NCBI GenBank assembly: GCA_016186705.1
Contig: JACPLB010000001.1
Span: 11,106-75,105, forward strand
Length of the DNA stretch: 64,000 nt
Origin: Candidatus Kaiserbacteria bacterium
GTDB taxonomy: Bacteria > Patescibacteriota > Minisyncoccia > Phycocordibacterales > JABMNX01
Direction of reading: 5' to 3'
Shown here: positions 18,523 to 26,876 of the stretch, piece by piece
Layout: each line of letters starts with the position of its first letter
Numbering within the stretch: the first letter of the stretch is position 1
The notes under the pieces: generated by a model
Told to the model about the DNA's origin: nothing
The model's database searches: none
What the model saw: the letters and a program-made list of their open reading frames with translations, nothing else
Translations under genes and position numbers: made by a program

Positions 18523-19809
18523 ATGAGAGACATGCTTCGAAAAATCATTGTCGCGATTATTGAATGGGAGGCGGTTTTGGTATTGAAGAAATACAAACCG
18601 AAAATTATCGCAATAACCGGAAGTGTCGGAAAAACTTCAAGCAAGGACGCCATTTATGCCGTGATGAGCACCGCGTTTTTTGTGCGGAAGAGCGAAAAAA
18701 GCTTTAACAGCGACATTGGAGTTCCCCTCACCATTCTCGGATGTTCAAATGCTTGGAATAATCCTTTTTTGTGGGTAAAAAATATCATTGAAGGGCTCCT
18801 TCTTATTGCGCTCAAAAATCATTACCCCAAATGGCTCGTGCTTGAAGTGGGGGCGGATCGTCCAGACGACATCAAGAATATGTGCCGTTGGCTTACGCCC
18901 GACATCGTTGTGATGACCGCAATTCCCGATGTGCCTGTCCACGTTGAATTTTTCAGTTCTCCCGAAGAGGTTGTTGAGGAGAAAGAATGCCTCATACGGG
19001 CTCTAAAAGCCGAAGGAACGCTCATACTCAACCACGATGACTTAAAAGTTCGAGGGTTCGCGCAGAAATATTCTCATCCCACTCTCACGTTCGGTTTTGA
19101 AGACGGTGCGCGTTTCCTGGCGTCGCACGACACCTATGACGTGGGGAAGCGGCACACGTCCTTCCGCATTGATTCGAACGGAAGCAGTGTGCCGGTTGTT
19201 GTCAAAGACGTTCTCGGACGTCAGCATATTTATCCGGTACTTGCCGCGTTTGCCGTCGGAGCGTCGCAGGGACTCGATATGGCGTCAATGGCAGGCGCGT
19301 TTGAAAATTATGAGACGCCGCCGGGACGGATGAAAATTCTTGATGGCGTCAGGAAATCGATTATTATTGATGACAGTTACAACTCGTCTCCCGCCGCCCT
19401 TACCGAAGCGCTTCTTGTTCTTAAGGGAATTACTCCGTCGGGCACGGGGAGAAAATACGCGGTTCTCGGCGACATGATGGAGCTCGGCACGTACTCAATT
19501 GAAGAGCACCGTAAGGCGGGCACACGTGCGGCGGAGAGCGCCGACCGTCTTGTGACGGTCGGAATTCGGGCGCGCGACATACAGAAAGAAGCGGTGAGGG
19601 CAGGTTTGGACAAACGTTACGCATTTCATTTTGAAGATTCACGGAAGGCTGCGGAAAAGGTACGTGACATGCTTGATAAAGGGGATATTGTTTTGGTTAA
19701 AGGTTCGCAGTCAATGCGCATGGAGTACATTATCAAAGAAGCGCTTGCAAACCCGAAAGATGCAAAGAAGCTTCTCGTGCGGCAGGACAGAGAGTGGCTC
19801 CGACGCTAA
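18523..19809 (+). CDS. murF: UDP-MurNAc-tripeptide D-Ala-D-Ala ligase
   Basis: ITGSVGKTS, DDSYNSSP, LGDMMELG, LVKGS. Confidence 0.9.
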   Translation: MRDMLRKIIVAIIEWEAVLVLKKYKPKIIAITGSVGKTSSKDAIYAVMSTAFFVRKSEKSFNSDIGVPLTILGCSNAWNNPFLWVKNIIEGLLLIALKNHYPKWLVLEVGADRPDDIKNMCRWLTPDIVVMTAIPDVPVHVEFFSSPEEVVEEKECLIRALKAEGTLILNHDDLKVRGFAQKYSHPTLTFGFEDGARFLASHDTYDVGKRHTSFRIDSNGSSVPVVVKDVLGRQHIYPVLAAFAVGASQGLDMASMAGAFENYETPPGRMKILDGVRKSIIIDDSYNSSPAALTEALLVLKGITPSGTGRKYAVLGDMMELGTYSIEEHRKAGTRAAESADRLVTVGIRARDIQKEAVRAGLDKRYAFHFEDSRKAAEKVRDMLDKGDIVLVKGSQSMRMEYIIKEALANPKDAKKLLVRQDREWLRR

Positions 19810-19833
19810 AGTTTAAGGGAACTATATACAAAG

Positions 19834-19956
19834 TTACCCTAGAATAAAAACTTTATAAATTAAAGCTCCTAAAACTAAGCAGACTATTAAGTAACCAATA
19901 TAAGCCGCTTTCTGCTCCTTTTCTAATTGTGTAACTCTATTTTCTAAATCATCCAT
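19834..19956 (-). CDS. 40-aa single-TM micro-protein
   Basis: Hand translation: MDDLENRVTQLEKEQKAAYIGYLIVCLVLGALIYKVFILG*; the stop lies inside the left IR. Confidence 0.5.
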   Translation of the reverse strand: MDDLENRVTQLEKEQKAAYIGYLIVCLVLGALIYKVFILG

Positions 19957-19971
19957 AAATTTCTACATACA

Positions 19972-20094
19972 CTATTTTTTCTTTCGCTCGATGTCCGTTT
20001 TCTTTTTAGAATGTGCAATAGCACCAAGCACCTCGTCAAATGAAGCGTCTATTGGTTTATGTATTTTAGGTTTTCGTCCTCGTGTTTCCTTCAT
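19972..20094 (-). CDS. 40-aa basic micro-ORF, preceded by a possible transposase C-terminal remnant
   Basis: MKETRGRKPKIHKPIDASFDEVLGAIAHSKKKTDIERKKK*; upstream in-frame GKMSYKRLIA resembles the recalled IS1595 transposase end GKRLTYKxLI. Confidence 0.45.
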   Translation of the reverse strand: MKETRGRKPKIHKPIDASFDEVLGAIAHSKKKTDIERKKK

Positions 20095-20220
20095 TATGCA
20101 TGCGATAAGTCTCTTGTAAGACATTTTACCATTTATGGAAATAATATGATATAAAATATATTCCTTGTCAAAGTAAGTTTCTTTTGTTAAACTAATACTA
20201 AAGATATATAATCATTACAT

Positions 20221-20622
20221 ATGAGCAGGGGTAATTCTCATCCAAACTTAGTAGTCTTAGCTGTGTATAAATCGCATATCAATAAAGGTATGTGGAAGGG
20301 TTTTTGTGCACCTTATGGTGTCACTACTCAAGCAACAACATGTGAGGAAGCTAAAACTCACCTCGAGGAGTTAGTTGAACTATACGAAGAAGGATTGAAG
20401 AAATACAATTACCCTAAACATCTAGTATTCCAAGAATTACAAGATGTCGAAGATAATAAGGTGCTCAAGCTAGTTTGGAAAGAGGTGACTAGAACATTGG
20501 GACAAAAGATGAAGGAGGAACGGAATTTCATTGAGTTTACAAAACAAAGCAACGAGGGAAGTTTAAAACTTGACGGCGGTATCGTATCTTTTTATCAGCC
20601 CAGTTTTGTAATGCAAACATAA
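20221..20622 (+). CDS. HicB-like antitoxin
   Basis: GVTTQATTCEEAKTHLEELVELYEE matches the HicB N-terminal (partial RNase H fold) pattern. Confidence 0.65.
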   Translation: MSRGNSHPNLVVLAVYKSHINKGMWKGFCAPYGVTTQATTCEEAKTHLEELVELYEEGLKKYNYPKHLVFQELQDVEDNKVLKLVWKEVTRTLGQKMKEERNFIEFTKQSNEGSLKLDGGIVSFYQPSFVMQT

Positions 20623-20623
20623 T

Positions 20624-20869
20624 GTGGCTGTTCCGACAAATATCAAGTTTAAGGATTATGTAAAAGTTGTTAAGTTGATTGCAGCGCGGAAATTTGATTC
20701 ATTCTCTTATATTAAGAAACGAGGCTCTGCACGCCGTTTTGATTTTATAAAAAACGAAAAACCACTTATGCAAGTAGTGCACGAGGAAAAGTATATATAT
20801 TCAAAGGATTTTAAGCAGACATTAGAGAAACTAGAAGTAACCGAGGAAGAATTTAGAAGTTATTTTTAG
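20624..20869 (+). CDS. HicA-like toxin
   Basis: 81 aa and basic; KRGSARRF...VVH...LEVTEEEF pattern; 1 nt after the hicB-like stop. Confidence 0.6.
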   Translation: MAVPTNIKFKDYVKVVKLIAARKFDSFSYIKKRGSARRFDFIKNEKPLMQVVHEEKYIYSKDFKQTLEKLEVTEEEFRSYF

Positions 20870-20978
20870 GGTAACTAAGTATAGTATATAGTTCTCAAGT
20901 TTAAAGTATTGCCAAAGTCATAGATTTGTGGTATCCTGACAAACAGAGACTCAACCTGGGCAAGAAAGGATTTAACCG

Positions 20979-21437
20979 ATGAAGAAGAACATCTTCGTGG
21001 CGATACTCGCCGCCCTCTTCACGTTCACGGTGTTCGGAACTCCATCAGCTTCTGCAGGAGCGATTGGCAAGAAAGAGCCGCTTCCGCAGAAGGTTTCTTT
21101 TTCCTTCAGCGGAGAAGGGAAGGTTGTCGATGTGCCGTATAACTTCGACGAACATGCCGACCGGGATTTCAGACAGTCCTTTGAGCACGACGGCAAACTT
21201 TACTGGCTCGTGTTCAAAAGCCCGATTCAACGAGGTTCCGATGTTCGGCTTTTCAAGACCCCTGATGATTCCAGCGGCTCGCTTCTCTACGAAGGAAAGA
21301 TGTGGGTCTGCGGGAAATCAAAAGCCAGGAAATGGATTCGTTGGAGCATGGAATCCGACACGGTGAAGGGGATGAAACCCGACGAAATCAAAGATATGAA
21401 CACGGGTGCGTACGGCGCCTGTAAAATCAAAGAATAG
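20979..21437 (+). CDS. Secreted hypothetical protein
   Basis: Signal peptide ending ASA; SD AAAGGA; own promoter-like TTGCCA..TATCCT. Confidence 0.75.
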   Translation: MKKNIFVAILAALFTFTVFGTPSASAGAIGKKEPLPQKVSFSFSGEGKVVDVPYNFDEHADRDFRQSFEHDGKLYWLVFKSPIQRGSDVRLFKTPDDSSGSLLYEGKMWVCGKSKARKWIRWSMESDTVKGMKPDEIKDMNTGAYGACKIKE

Positions 21438-21450
21438 GTCCATTGGATTC

Positions 21451-21478
21451 GGGGGCGCACCATGAACGGTGCGCCCCT
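21451..21478 (+). terminator. Hairpin terminator
   Basis: GGGGCGCACC-ATGAAC-GGTGCGCCCC. Confidence 0.7.
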
Positions 21479-21576
21479 TAAACTTTTAAATATTTACTGG
21501 GGTATGTATATGCTGTACAATCCGATGAATAACACACCTGTATGTGTTATTTCTTTTGGCTTATTTCGGACATATC

Positions 21577-21608
21577 CTGAAAGCTCAAAGCTCTAAGCTA
21601 AAAGCTAA
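21577..21608 (+). repeat. Heptamer AAGCTnn array upstream of the tRNA
   Basis: CTGAAAGCTCAAAGCTCTAAGCTAAAAGCTAA. Confidence 0.8.
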
Positions 21609-21611
21609 TCT

Positions 21612-21683
21612 GGCCCTATCGTCTAACGGTCAGGACACAGGCTTCTCAAGCCTGGAATCGGGGTTCGATTCCCCGTAGGGTCA
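21612..21683 (+). tRNA. tRNA-Glu(CTC), CCA not encoded
   Basis: Acceptor GGCCCTA/TAGGGTC; anticodon arm CAGGC-TT-CTC-AA-GCCTG; T arm CGGGG-TTCGATT-CCCCG. Confidence 0.95.
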
Positions 21684-21774
21684 TGATTTGACAAAAATCG
21701 TTGTTTATGCTATTCTATATTTAGTTAAACCAGCCCCGTCGCATTGCGACAATCATCTGAAGAGGAGAGACCAC

Positions 21775-22158
21775 ATGTTAGCGTTTCTCGAGCGGAAGAA
21801 GTTATCGGCAAAACCCGCCGTTTCGCTCTCGCCCAAGGAGGTTGAGGAGTTTATGAAGCTCCTCGACGAAATCGAGAACGAGCAACTCTGGAATGTACCC
21901 CTTCACATCGCCGTTGGCGACTACATGCTCCGCACTGGCACCACCTACCCCGAACTCATGCGGCGGTACGAGGCGGTATGTCCGGACTATCGCAAAAAGG
22001 ACTTCCCGTTGCAGGAGGGTCTGCGTATCGCCGGCACATGGATGGAAAGGTATCGCCCAAGCATCGTTTCGCAGATCTACATCAAAGCGAGCGCAGGCAA
22101 ACCTTTCAGTCCGAAGGATGTGATCCAGCACAAATTTCAGTCCATAATCCGTGGCTGA
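21775..22158 (+). CDS. Hypothetical protein (ORFan)
   Basis: SD GAGGAG before ATG 21775; TTGACA promoter at 21688; downstream hairpin AAAAGGCCC..GGGCCTTTT. Confidence 0.65.
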   Translation: MLAFLERKKLSAKPAVSLSPKEVEEFMKLLDEIENEQLWNVPLHIAVGDYMLRTGTTYPELMRRYEAVCPDYRKKDFPLQEGLRIAGTWMERYRPSIVSQIYIKASAGKPFSPKDVIQHKFQSIIRG

Positions 22159-22385
22159 CAGCGGTCATCAAGGAACTCAAAAGGCCCACAGTGAATCAAG
22201 TAGCTGGGGCCTTTTCTTTTATAATAGAGATAATCTTTTATATCACTAGACAGGCTCGGATTCGTACTTAGGCAGTTCTGAAAGCCATCCTAAAGGGTCA
22301 CAAATTGGAACTTGTGACCGGTCCTTCTAAAATGCAGAACTTAACCGACGGCATATTTTCTGTTATCATGTAAAATGAAACTATT

Positions 22386-22919
22386 ATGAAAAATGCACTT
22401 ATTGTCGGCGTAGTCGCCATACTTCTCCTTATCGGAGGCGTCTGGTGGTCAAACAGCTTAAAGCAAAAAGCAATCAGTACTGAAATTGAAGGAGTGCAGA
22501 CGTATACAGAAACTAATAGAGGGCATGTACAGGGAGGGATTGTGTATGATGAAATACCTCCTGTCGGTGGAGCGCACAGTCCCGTGTGGGCGGCGTGCAA
22601 CGGAAATATTTACAATGAGCCGATTCCCAACGGACAGGCAGTCCACTCGCTCGAACACGGTGCTGTGTGGATTACATACAAGCCCGACATCGGAGCGGAC
22701 AGCATCGCTTCGCTTGAAGACAAAGTGCGCGGCTATACGTTCATGAGCCCGCTTCCGGAACAAGAATTCCCGATCACACTTACCGCGTGGGGTGTTCAGC
22801 TGTCACTCGACTCTTCCGATGACCCTCGAATTGACCAATTTTTGAAAAAGTTCAGGCAAGGGCCACAGACGCCGGAACCGGGAGCGACGTGCAGTCCGGT
22901 CCCGGGCGGCGTTCGTTAA
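22386..22919 (+). CDS. DUF3105-family membrane-anchored protein
   Basis: PPVGGAH, VHSLEHGAVWITY, TAWG, PEPGATC. Confidence 0.88.
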   Translation: MKNALIVGVVAILLLIGGVWWSNSLKQKAISTEIEGVQTYTETNRGHVQGGIVYDEIPPVGGAHSPVWAACNGNIYNEPIPNGQAVHSLEHGAVWITYKPDIGADSIASLEDKVRGYTFMSPLPEQEFPITLTAWGVQLSLDSSDDPRIDQFLKKFRQGPQTPEPGATCSPVPGGVR

Positions 22920-23021
22920 GTTCTCTTGCGTTACAGTAGCATTGCTAGTGGTTTTTTGACAAAACTCTGACAAAACAAGAACCCGCCGGTTATGAGCCGG
23001 CGGGCAGGGCGTAGAGAACAC

Positions 23022-23615
23022 TTATCGTTTGAATGGACGAGCCAGCAAGGCACGTCCCGTGGCGCGTCTCGCGGCAACACCGGCGTCTTTCACGTACTCG
23101 TTAAGATGTTTTTTGTGCGCCTGCGTACTGCAGTGAAGCATCTCGAGTGTCAGGTCAAGGTCTTCACCGCTAATGTTGAGTCTCTTGGCGTTCTTCCGGA
23201 GCGCTTCCATCACCGGGCGGATTTTCTTGTCGGGAATTCTAGACTCTTGAAGAAGTACGCATATGAAGCGAAATGCTATCCAATCATCAGGTCCGTGGAC
23301 CGTGTCAAGAAGCTTAATGATACTCTCGGGAAACGGCTCAAGAGACTCTTCCGTAGAAGAAGAGAAACCTTCAATCCGCTCCTCCAGATACCTCAGGTTA
23401 TTTTTTAGCCAGGTATACCGAGAAACACCGAGACGTTTCGCGAGTGCCAGAAGCTCGAGACTGAGCACGGTAAGAGATACGAGGTCAGGCATTCTCGTAC
23501 CGCATATGATGGCGCACACCGTCCTCAAGGAGGGTGACGGGTACTTTGCGAACACCTCGTCAGGATTGTTTAGTTGCTGCAGAAGAACTTTCTCGAAGTG
23601 CTTTTTGTTGTTCAA
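23022..23615 (-). CDS. Hypothetical helical protein (ORFan)
   Basis: Likely TTG start after the SD AGGGAGG; the ORF-track start overlaps a TTGACA promoter. Confidence 0.6.
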   Translation of the reverse strand: MNNKKHFEKVLLQQLNNPDEVFAKYPSPSLRTVCAIICGTRMPDLVSLTVLSLELLALAKRLGVSRYTWLKNNLRYLEERIEGFSSSTEESLEPFPESIIKLLDTVHGPDDWIAFRFICVLLQESRIPDKKIRPVMEALRKNAKRLNISGEDLDLTLEMLHCSTQAHKKHLNEYVKDAGVAARRATGRALLARPFKR

Positions 23616-23751
23616 GGAAACCTCCCTTGTGAAGGTTGATACACAATGAAAGAAACTGCCATCTTTCCACACCATACGTGCGTTTTTTTGTTCTGTCAAA
23701 TTTCTTTTTCCTATTCTTTTTAGCGGTTAAGGTGTACTACTATTACATTGT

Positions 23752-24276
23752 ATGAAAAAAATTCTCCTATCGTCATTTTTCAATCGTAAGACGCTCTTGG
23801 TTGCCGAAGAGCTTATAGGCAAGTTTCTGGTACGGCGTGTCCGGGGAAAAGAAAAAGCACTCATGATTTGTGAAACAGAGGCGTACGATGGATTCAAAGA
23901 CAAAGCGTCGCATGCACATCGTGGAAAAACTACACGGAATGAGATTATGTTCCGTGAAGCGGGACATATCTACGTGTACTTTACTTACGGCATGCACTAC
24001 ATGCTCAATATCGTGACGGGAAACAAAGATTACCCCGCGGCGGTCTTGTTGCGCGCCGTCGAGGGAGTGAGCGGTCCGGGGCGGCTTACCAAGAAGCTCC
24101 GCATTGATAAAAAACTCAATGGGAAGTTTCTCGGCAGAAAAACAGGTTTGTGGATTGAGGATAGGGGAGTTACGATTCAAAAAAAGCTGATACGGAGAAC
24201 TCCCCGCATCGGTATCCGTTACGCTGAAGAGTGGGCGAAAAAGCCATACAGGTTTGTTATGAAAGGTAAAAACTAG
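23752..24276 (+). CDS. mpg: DNA-3-methyladenine glycosylase (MPG/Aag family)
   Basis: ETEAY, YVYFTYGMH, GPGRLT, PRIGI. Confidence 0.93.
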   Translation: MKKILLSSFFNRKTLLVAEELIGKFLVRRVRGKEKALMICETEAYDGFKDKASHAHRGKTTRNEIMFREAGHIYVYFTYGMHYMLNIVTGNKDYPAAVLLRAVEGVSGPGRLTKKLRIDKKLNGKFLGRKTGLWIEDRGVTIQKKLIRRTPRIGIRYAEEWAKKPYRFVMKGKN

Positions 24277-24311
24277 AAATTACGTCGCTCTTGATTCATA
24301 ATATATAGGTA

Positions 24312-25262
24312 ATGGAGTTATCACTCGTCCTTTTTTTCATCGGATTCGCTATTCTGATTTATAGCGCTCGTCTTTTGGTGCGCGGAGCGGCATCTATTGC
24401 CACAATTCTCAATATCACCCCGTGGGTTATTGGCGTTGTGATTGTCGGCATCGGCACGTCAATTCCAGAACTTTCCATCAGCATTTCCGCCGCGCTTGCC
24501 GGCAACAATATCGGACTCGGGACGATTATCGGAAGCAATACCTTCAATCTGCTCTTCATTCTTGGTCTTGCCGCGCTTTTTTCACCACTGTACATCAAAG
24601 AGGAGTGGTACGAAGACATTTTCATCAACATCGTCGCGGTTATTATCGGAGTGCTTGTGATATTCCTGCCGCTTCTCGGCGACAGGACGTTCTTCGGTCT
24701 TACGCGCGCGGAAGGAGCGCTCTTGTTCGGATTCTTCATTCTATGGCTTTTTTTAATGTTCCGGCGCAAGGGAATCAGGGATGACGGTATTGATTATCAA
24801 ATTCTTGCTTCATTTACATCCGTCATTTTTATTATCGTCGGTCTTGCGGGAGTCTTTTTGGGAGGGGAGTGGGTAGTCTCGGGCGCTGAAACGCTCGCAC
24901 TGCTCTTTTCCGTGCCTCCCGCGATTATTGGACTTACCGTCGTTGCCGTTGGCACCTCGCTTCCGGAGCTTACCGTTTCTCTCGTCGCTCTTCTCCAGAA
25001 GAAAAACAGCATCGCTGTCGGGAACATCATTGGCTCGAATATTTTCGATTTTCTCGGCATCCTGGGCATTACCGCACTCATCAAGCCGCTCATGGTCCTG
25101 GAGAAGGTGGGGATAGACGCGCTTACAACCCTTGCGGCAACGATTATCATTGCCATCCTTATCTTTGCAGTGGGGAAGCGGGGGATGCTCTCGCGGGCAG
25201 AGGGCGTTATTCTCATCCTCTCGTACATCGCGTACCTCGTCTTCATCTTTTTAAATATGTAA
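24312..25262 (+). CDS. Ca2+/Na+ antiporter (YrbG family)
   Basis: Two alpha repeats: GTSIPE..GSN and GTSLPE..GNIIGSN. Confidence 0.93.
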   Translation: MELSLVLFFIGFAILIYSARLLVRGAASIATILNITPWVIGVVIVGIGTSIPELSISISAALAGNNIGLGTIIGSNTFNLLFILGLAALFSPLYIKEEWYEDIFINIVAVIIGVLVIFLPLLGDRTFFGLTRAEGALLFGFFILWLFLMFRRKGIRDDGIDYQILASFTSVIFIIVGLAGVFLGGEWVVSGAETLALLFSVPPAIIGLTVVAVGTSLPELTVSLVALLQKKNSIAVGNIIGSNIFDFLGILGITALIKPLMVLEKVGIDALTTLAATIIIAILIFAVGKRGMLSRAEGVILILSYIAYLVFIFLNM

Positions 25263-25283
25263 TGTTAAAAGCGCGACCCTGGG

Positions 25284-25598
25284 TTAGTCGCGCTTTTCGA
25301 GCAACAGGTTTCCCTGCCGACTCTTTATATCCTCCAATCTTTTTCTCTTTTCCTCCCTTCTTTTTCTCTTCTCCTCTCTCCGTTTGTTCTCCCTTTTCTT
25401 GAAATTGCCGAAGCGTCCTTGCTCGGAGAGTATCCTTCGTTCGAGCTCGAAATCGCAGAGCTTTCGGGACATACTGAAGTACTCTTGTATAACGTACCGA
25501 GTTATTCTTCCCTCAAACCCGCGGCAACCTCGAGCCCATCGGCTAATCCTTACAAAATAGCCGTACGCTTCAGAGTCTTTCGGTTTGTATCGGGGCAC
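25284..25598 (-). CDS. Hypothetical basic protein with a KRREE repeat
   Basis: ORF with SD GAGG; last gene of a 3-gene minus-strand ORFan operon. Confidence 0.5.
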   Translation of the reverse strand: MPRYKPKDSEAYGYFVRISRWARGCRGFEGRITRYVIQEYFSMSRKLCDFELERRILSEQGRFGNFKKRENKRREEKRKRREEKRKRLEDIKSRQGNLLLEKRD

Positions 25599-25612
25599 CG
25601 AGCACCTCTCTT

Positions 25613-25834
25613 TCAGTTGTTCGGAGCTTCAGGACCGAAGACCGGGATGACGTGCTCGTTTGCGTCTCGACGACGCGCTTCTTCCTCACGTTCACGCAGT
25701 TCTTCTGCGCGGTCATCAAGAATCTTCTGGCGTTCCCGCTTCCTTGCGGTCGCCATCCCTCCTTTGCGGCCGGCTCTGCGGAGAAACTCGCTCTCTCCTT
25801 GAACGACCGCCTTTTGGATATACTGTGGTTTCAC
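25613..25834 (-). CDS. Small protein with a KGG-like motif
   Basis: RRAGRKGGMATARK; SD GAGG. Confidence 0.55.
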   Translation of the reverse strand: MKPQYIQKAVVQGESEFLRRAGRKGGMATARKRERQKILDDRAEELREREEEARRRDANEHVIPVFGPEAPNN

Positions 25835-25933
25835 TTTACACCTCTTTCATCTTTCAAAGAACTGTTTCGGAAAGGCTTGGGGGTCGCACACCTCTCTTGA
25901 GGCGTACGGACCCCCTCAAGCCCTGCCCTCTCT

Positions 25934-26266
25934 TTAGGACGCCAAGACGAACTCGACGTCGCGTATGCTCGGAAGCGGGGTATCCATAACCTCGATACCA
26001 ACCCTTCCGAGATCCTCCCGTAACCACTCAATCTCGTTTGGCATGTCGTACGACGGAACCTTCCGTCTGATATGCGCCGAGTGCCGTTCCGCGTCGCAGA
26101 AAATGTTTGATGTTTTTGAGAACACCTTGTGCATCTTCTTCACTCGCGCGAACGAGAACACTGTCCGCACGTGGTCGGGGATGATTGAGACCCCGATAAG
26201 GACGTCAGAAACTTTTTTCCCGACATTCTGCGGAAAAACCAGAAAACCGTTTACGTCTTTTTTCAT
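25934..26266 (-). CDS. Hypothetical protein; C-terminus resembles sigma-70 region 1.1
   Basis: EIEWLREDLGRVGIEVMD; SD AAGGAG; TTGACA..TATAGT promoter upstream. Confidence 0.55.
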   Translation of the reverse strand: MKKDVNGFLVFPQNVGKKVSDVLIGVSIIPDHVRTVFSFARVKKMHKVFSKTSNIFCDAERHSAHIRRKVPSYDMPNEIEWLREDLGRVGIEVMDTPLPSIRDVEFVLAS

Positions 26267-26347
26267 GAGCTCGTCTCCTTATCTGAGACGCGCTCCCCAT
26301 GAACTGCTATAGACTATATCACCTAAAATAGAAACTGTCAATAATGA

Positions 26348-26800
26348 CTAAGAGAGGAGCTCGTCAACGACTTCCTTTACATCCTTGCCGTCAGCTTTCC
26401 CTTTAAGCTCTTTCATAACGGCGCCAATGAGTATTCCCGCTTTTGATGTATCCGAAATCTGCAATTCCTGCTTTTTTGTTTCAACGACTGTGCGAATATC
26501 TTCCTTTTTCATTGTCTCAGGAAGGTATGTTTTCAATATGGCAAGCTCCGCTTTTTCATTGTCCGCCAGATCTTTTCTACCGCCTTTTTCAAATTGTTCA
26601 ATAGAGTCTTCCCGCGGTTTGACGCCGCGTTTGATGACTAAAAGCGCGCTTTCATCGTCAATTTTCTCGTCAGGTTTCTTTTTTTGGGCGACAAGCTCAT
26701 TCGTAAAGCCCGCGAGGAGTCCGCGAAGCACACTCACACGGAGCGTTTCCCGCGCTTTCATCGCACTCGTCAGTTCATTGCGAATCTTTTCGGCTATCAT
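26348..26800 (-). CDS. GatB/YqeY domain protein
   Basis: AMKARE, DSIEQFEKGGRKDLA, YLP, KGKADG. Confidence 0.92.
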   Translation of the reverse strand: MIAEKIRNELTSAMKARETLRVSVLRGLLAGFTNELVAQKKKPDEKIDDESALLVIKRGVKPREDSIEQFEKGGRKDLADNEKAELAILKTYLPETMKKEDIRTVVETKKQELQISDTSKAGILIGAVMKELKGKADGKDVKEVVDELLS

Positions 26801-26876
26801 AGTGCTGTTTTACGTTTCAGTTATTTTAACAGTTTTAACATTCCGCACAACACAAGCTCTGATATAATAAAAAACA

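Larger units (their letters stand above)
19817..20896. mobile_element. Non-autonomous IS1595-family-like element (no intact transposase) with passenger genes
   Basis: Left IR GGGAACTATATACAAAGTTACCC (19817-19839); right IR GGGTAACTAAGTATA[GTATA]TAGTTCTC (20869-20896); 8-bp direct repeat AAGTTTAA at 19809-19816 and 20897-20904; AT-rich interior. Confidence 0.85.

Noticed and set aside
21612-26345. Integrative island at tRNA-Glu
   Set aside because: ORFans follow the tRNA, but I found no integrase and no duplicated tRNA 3' end.
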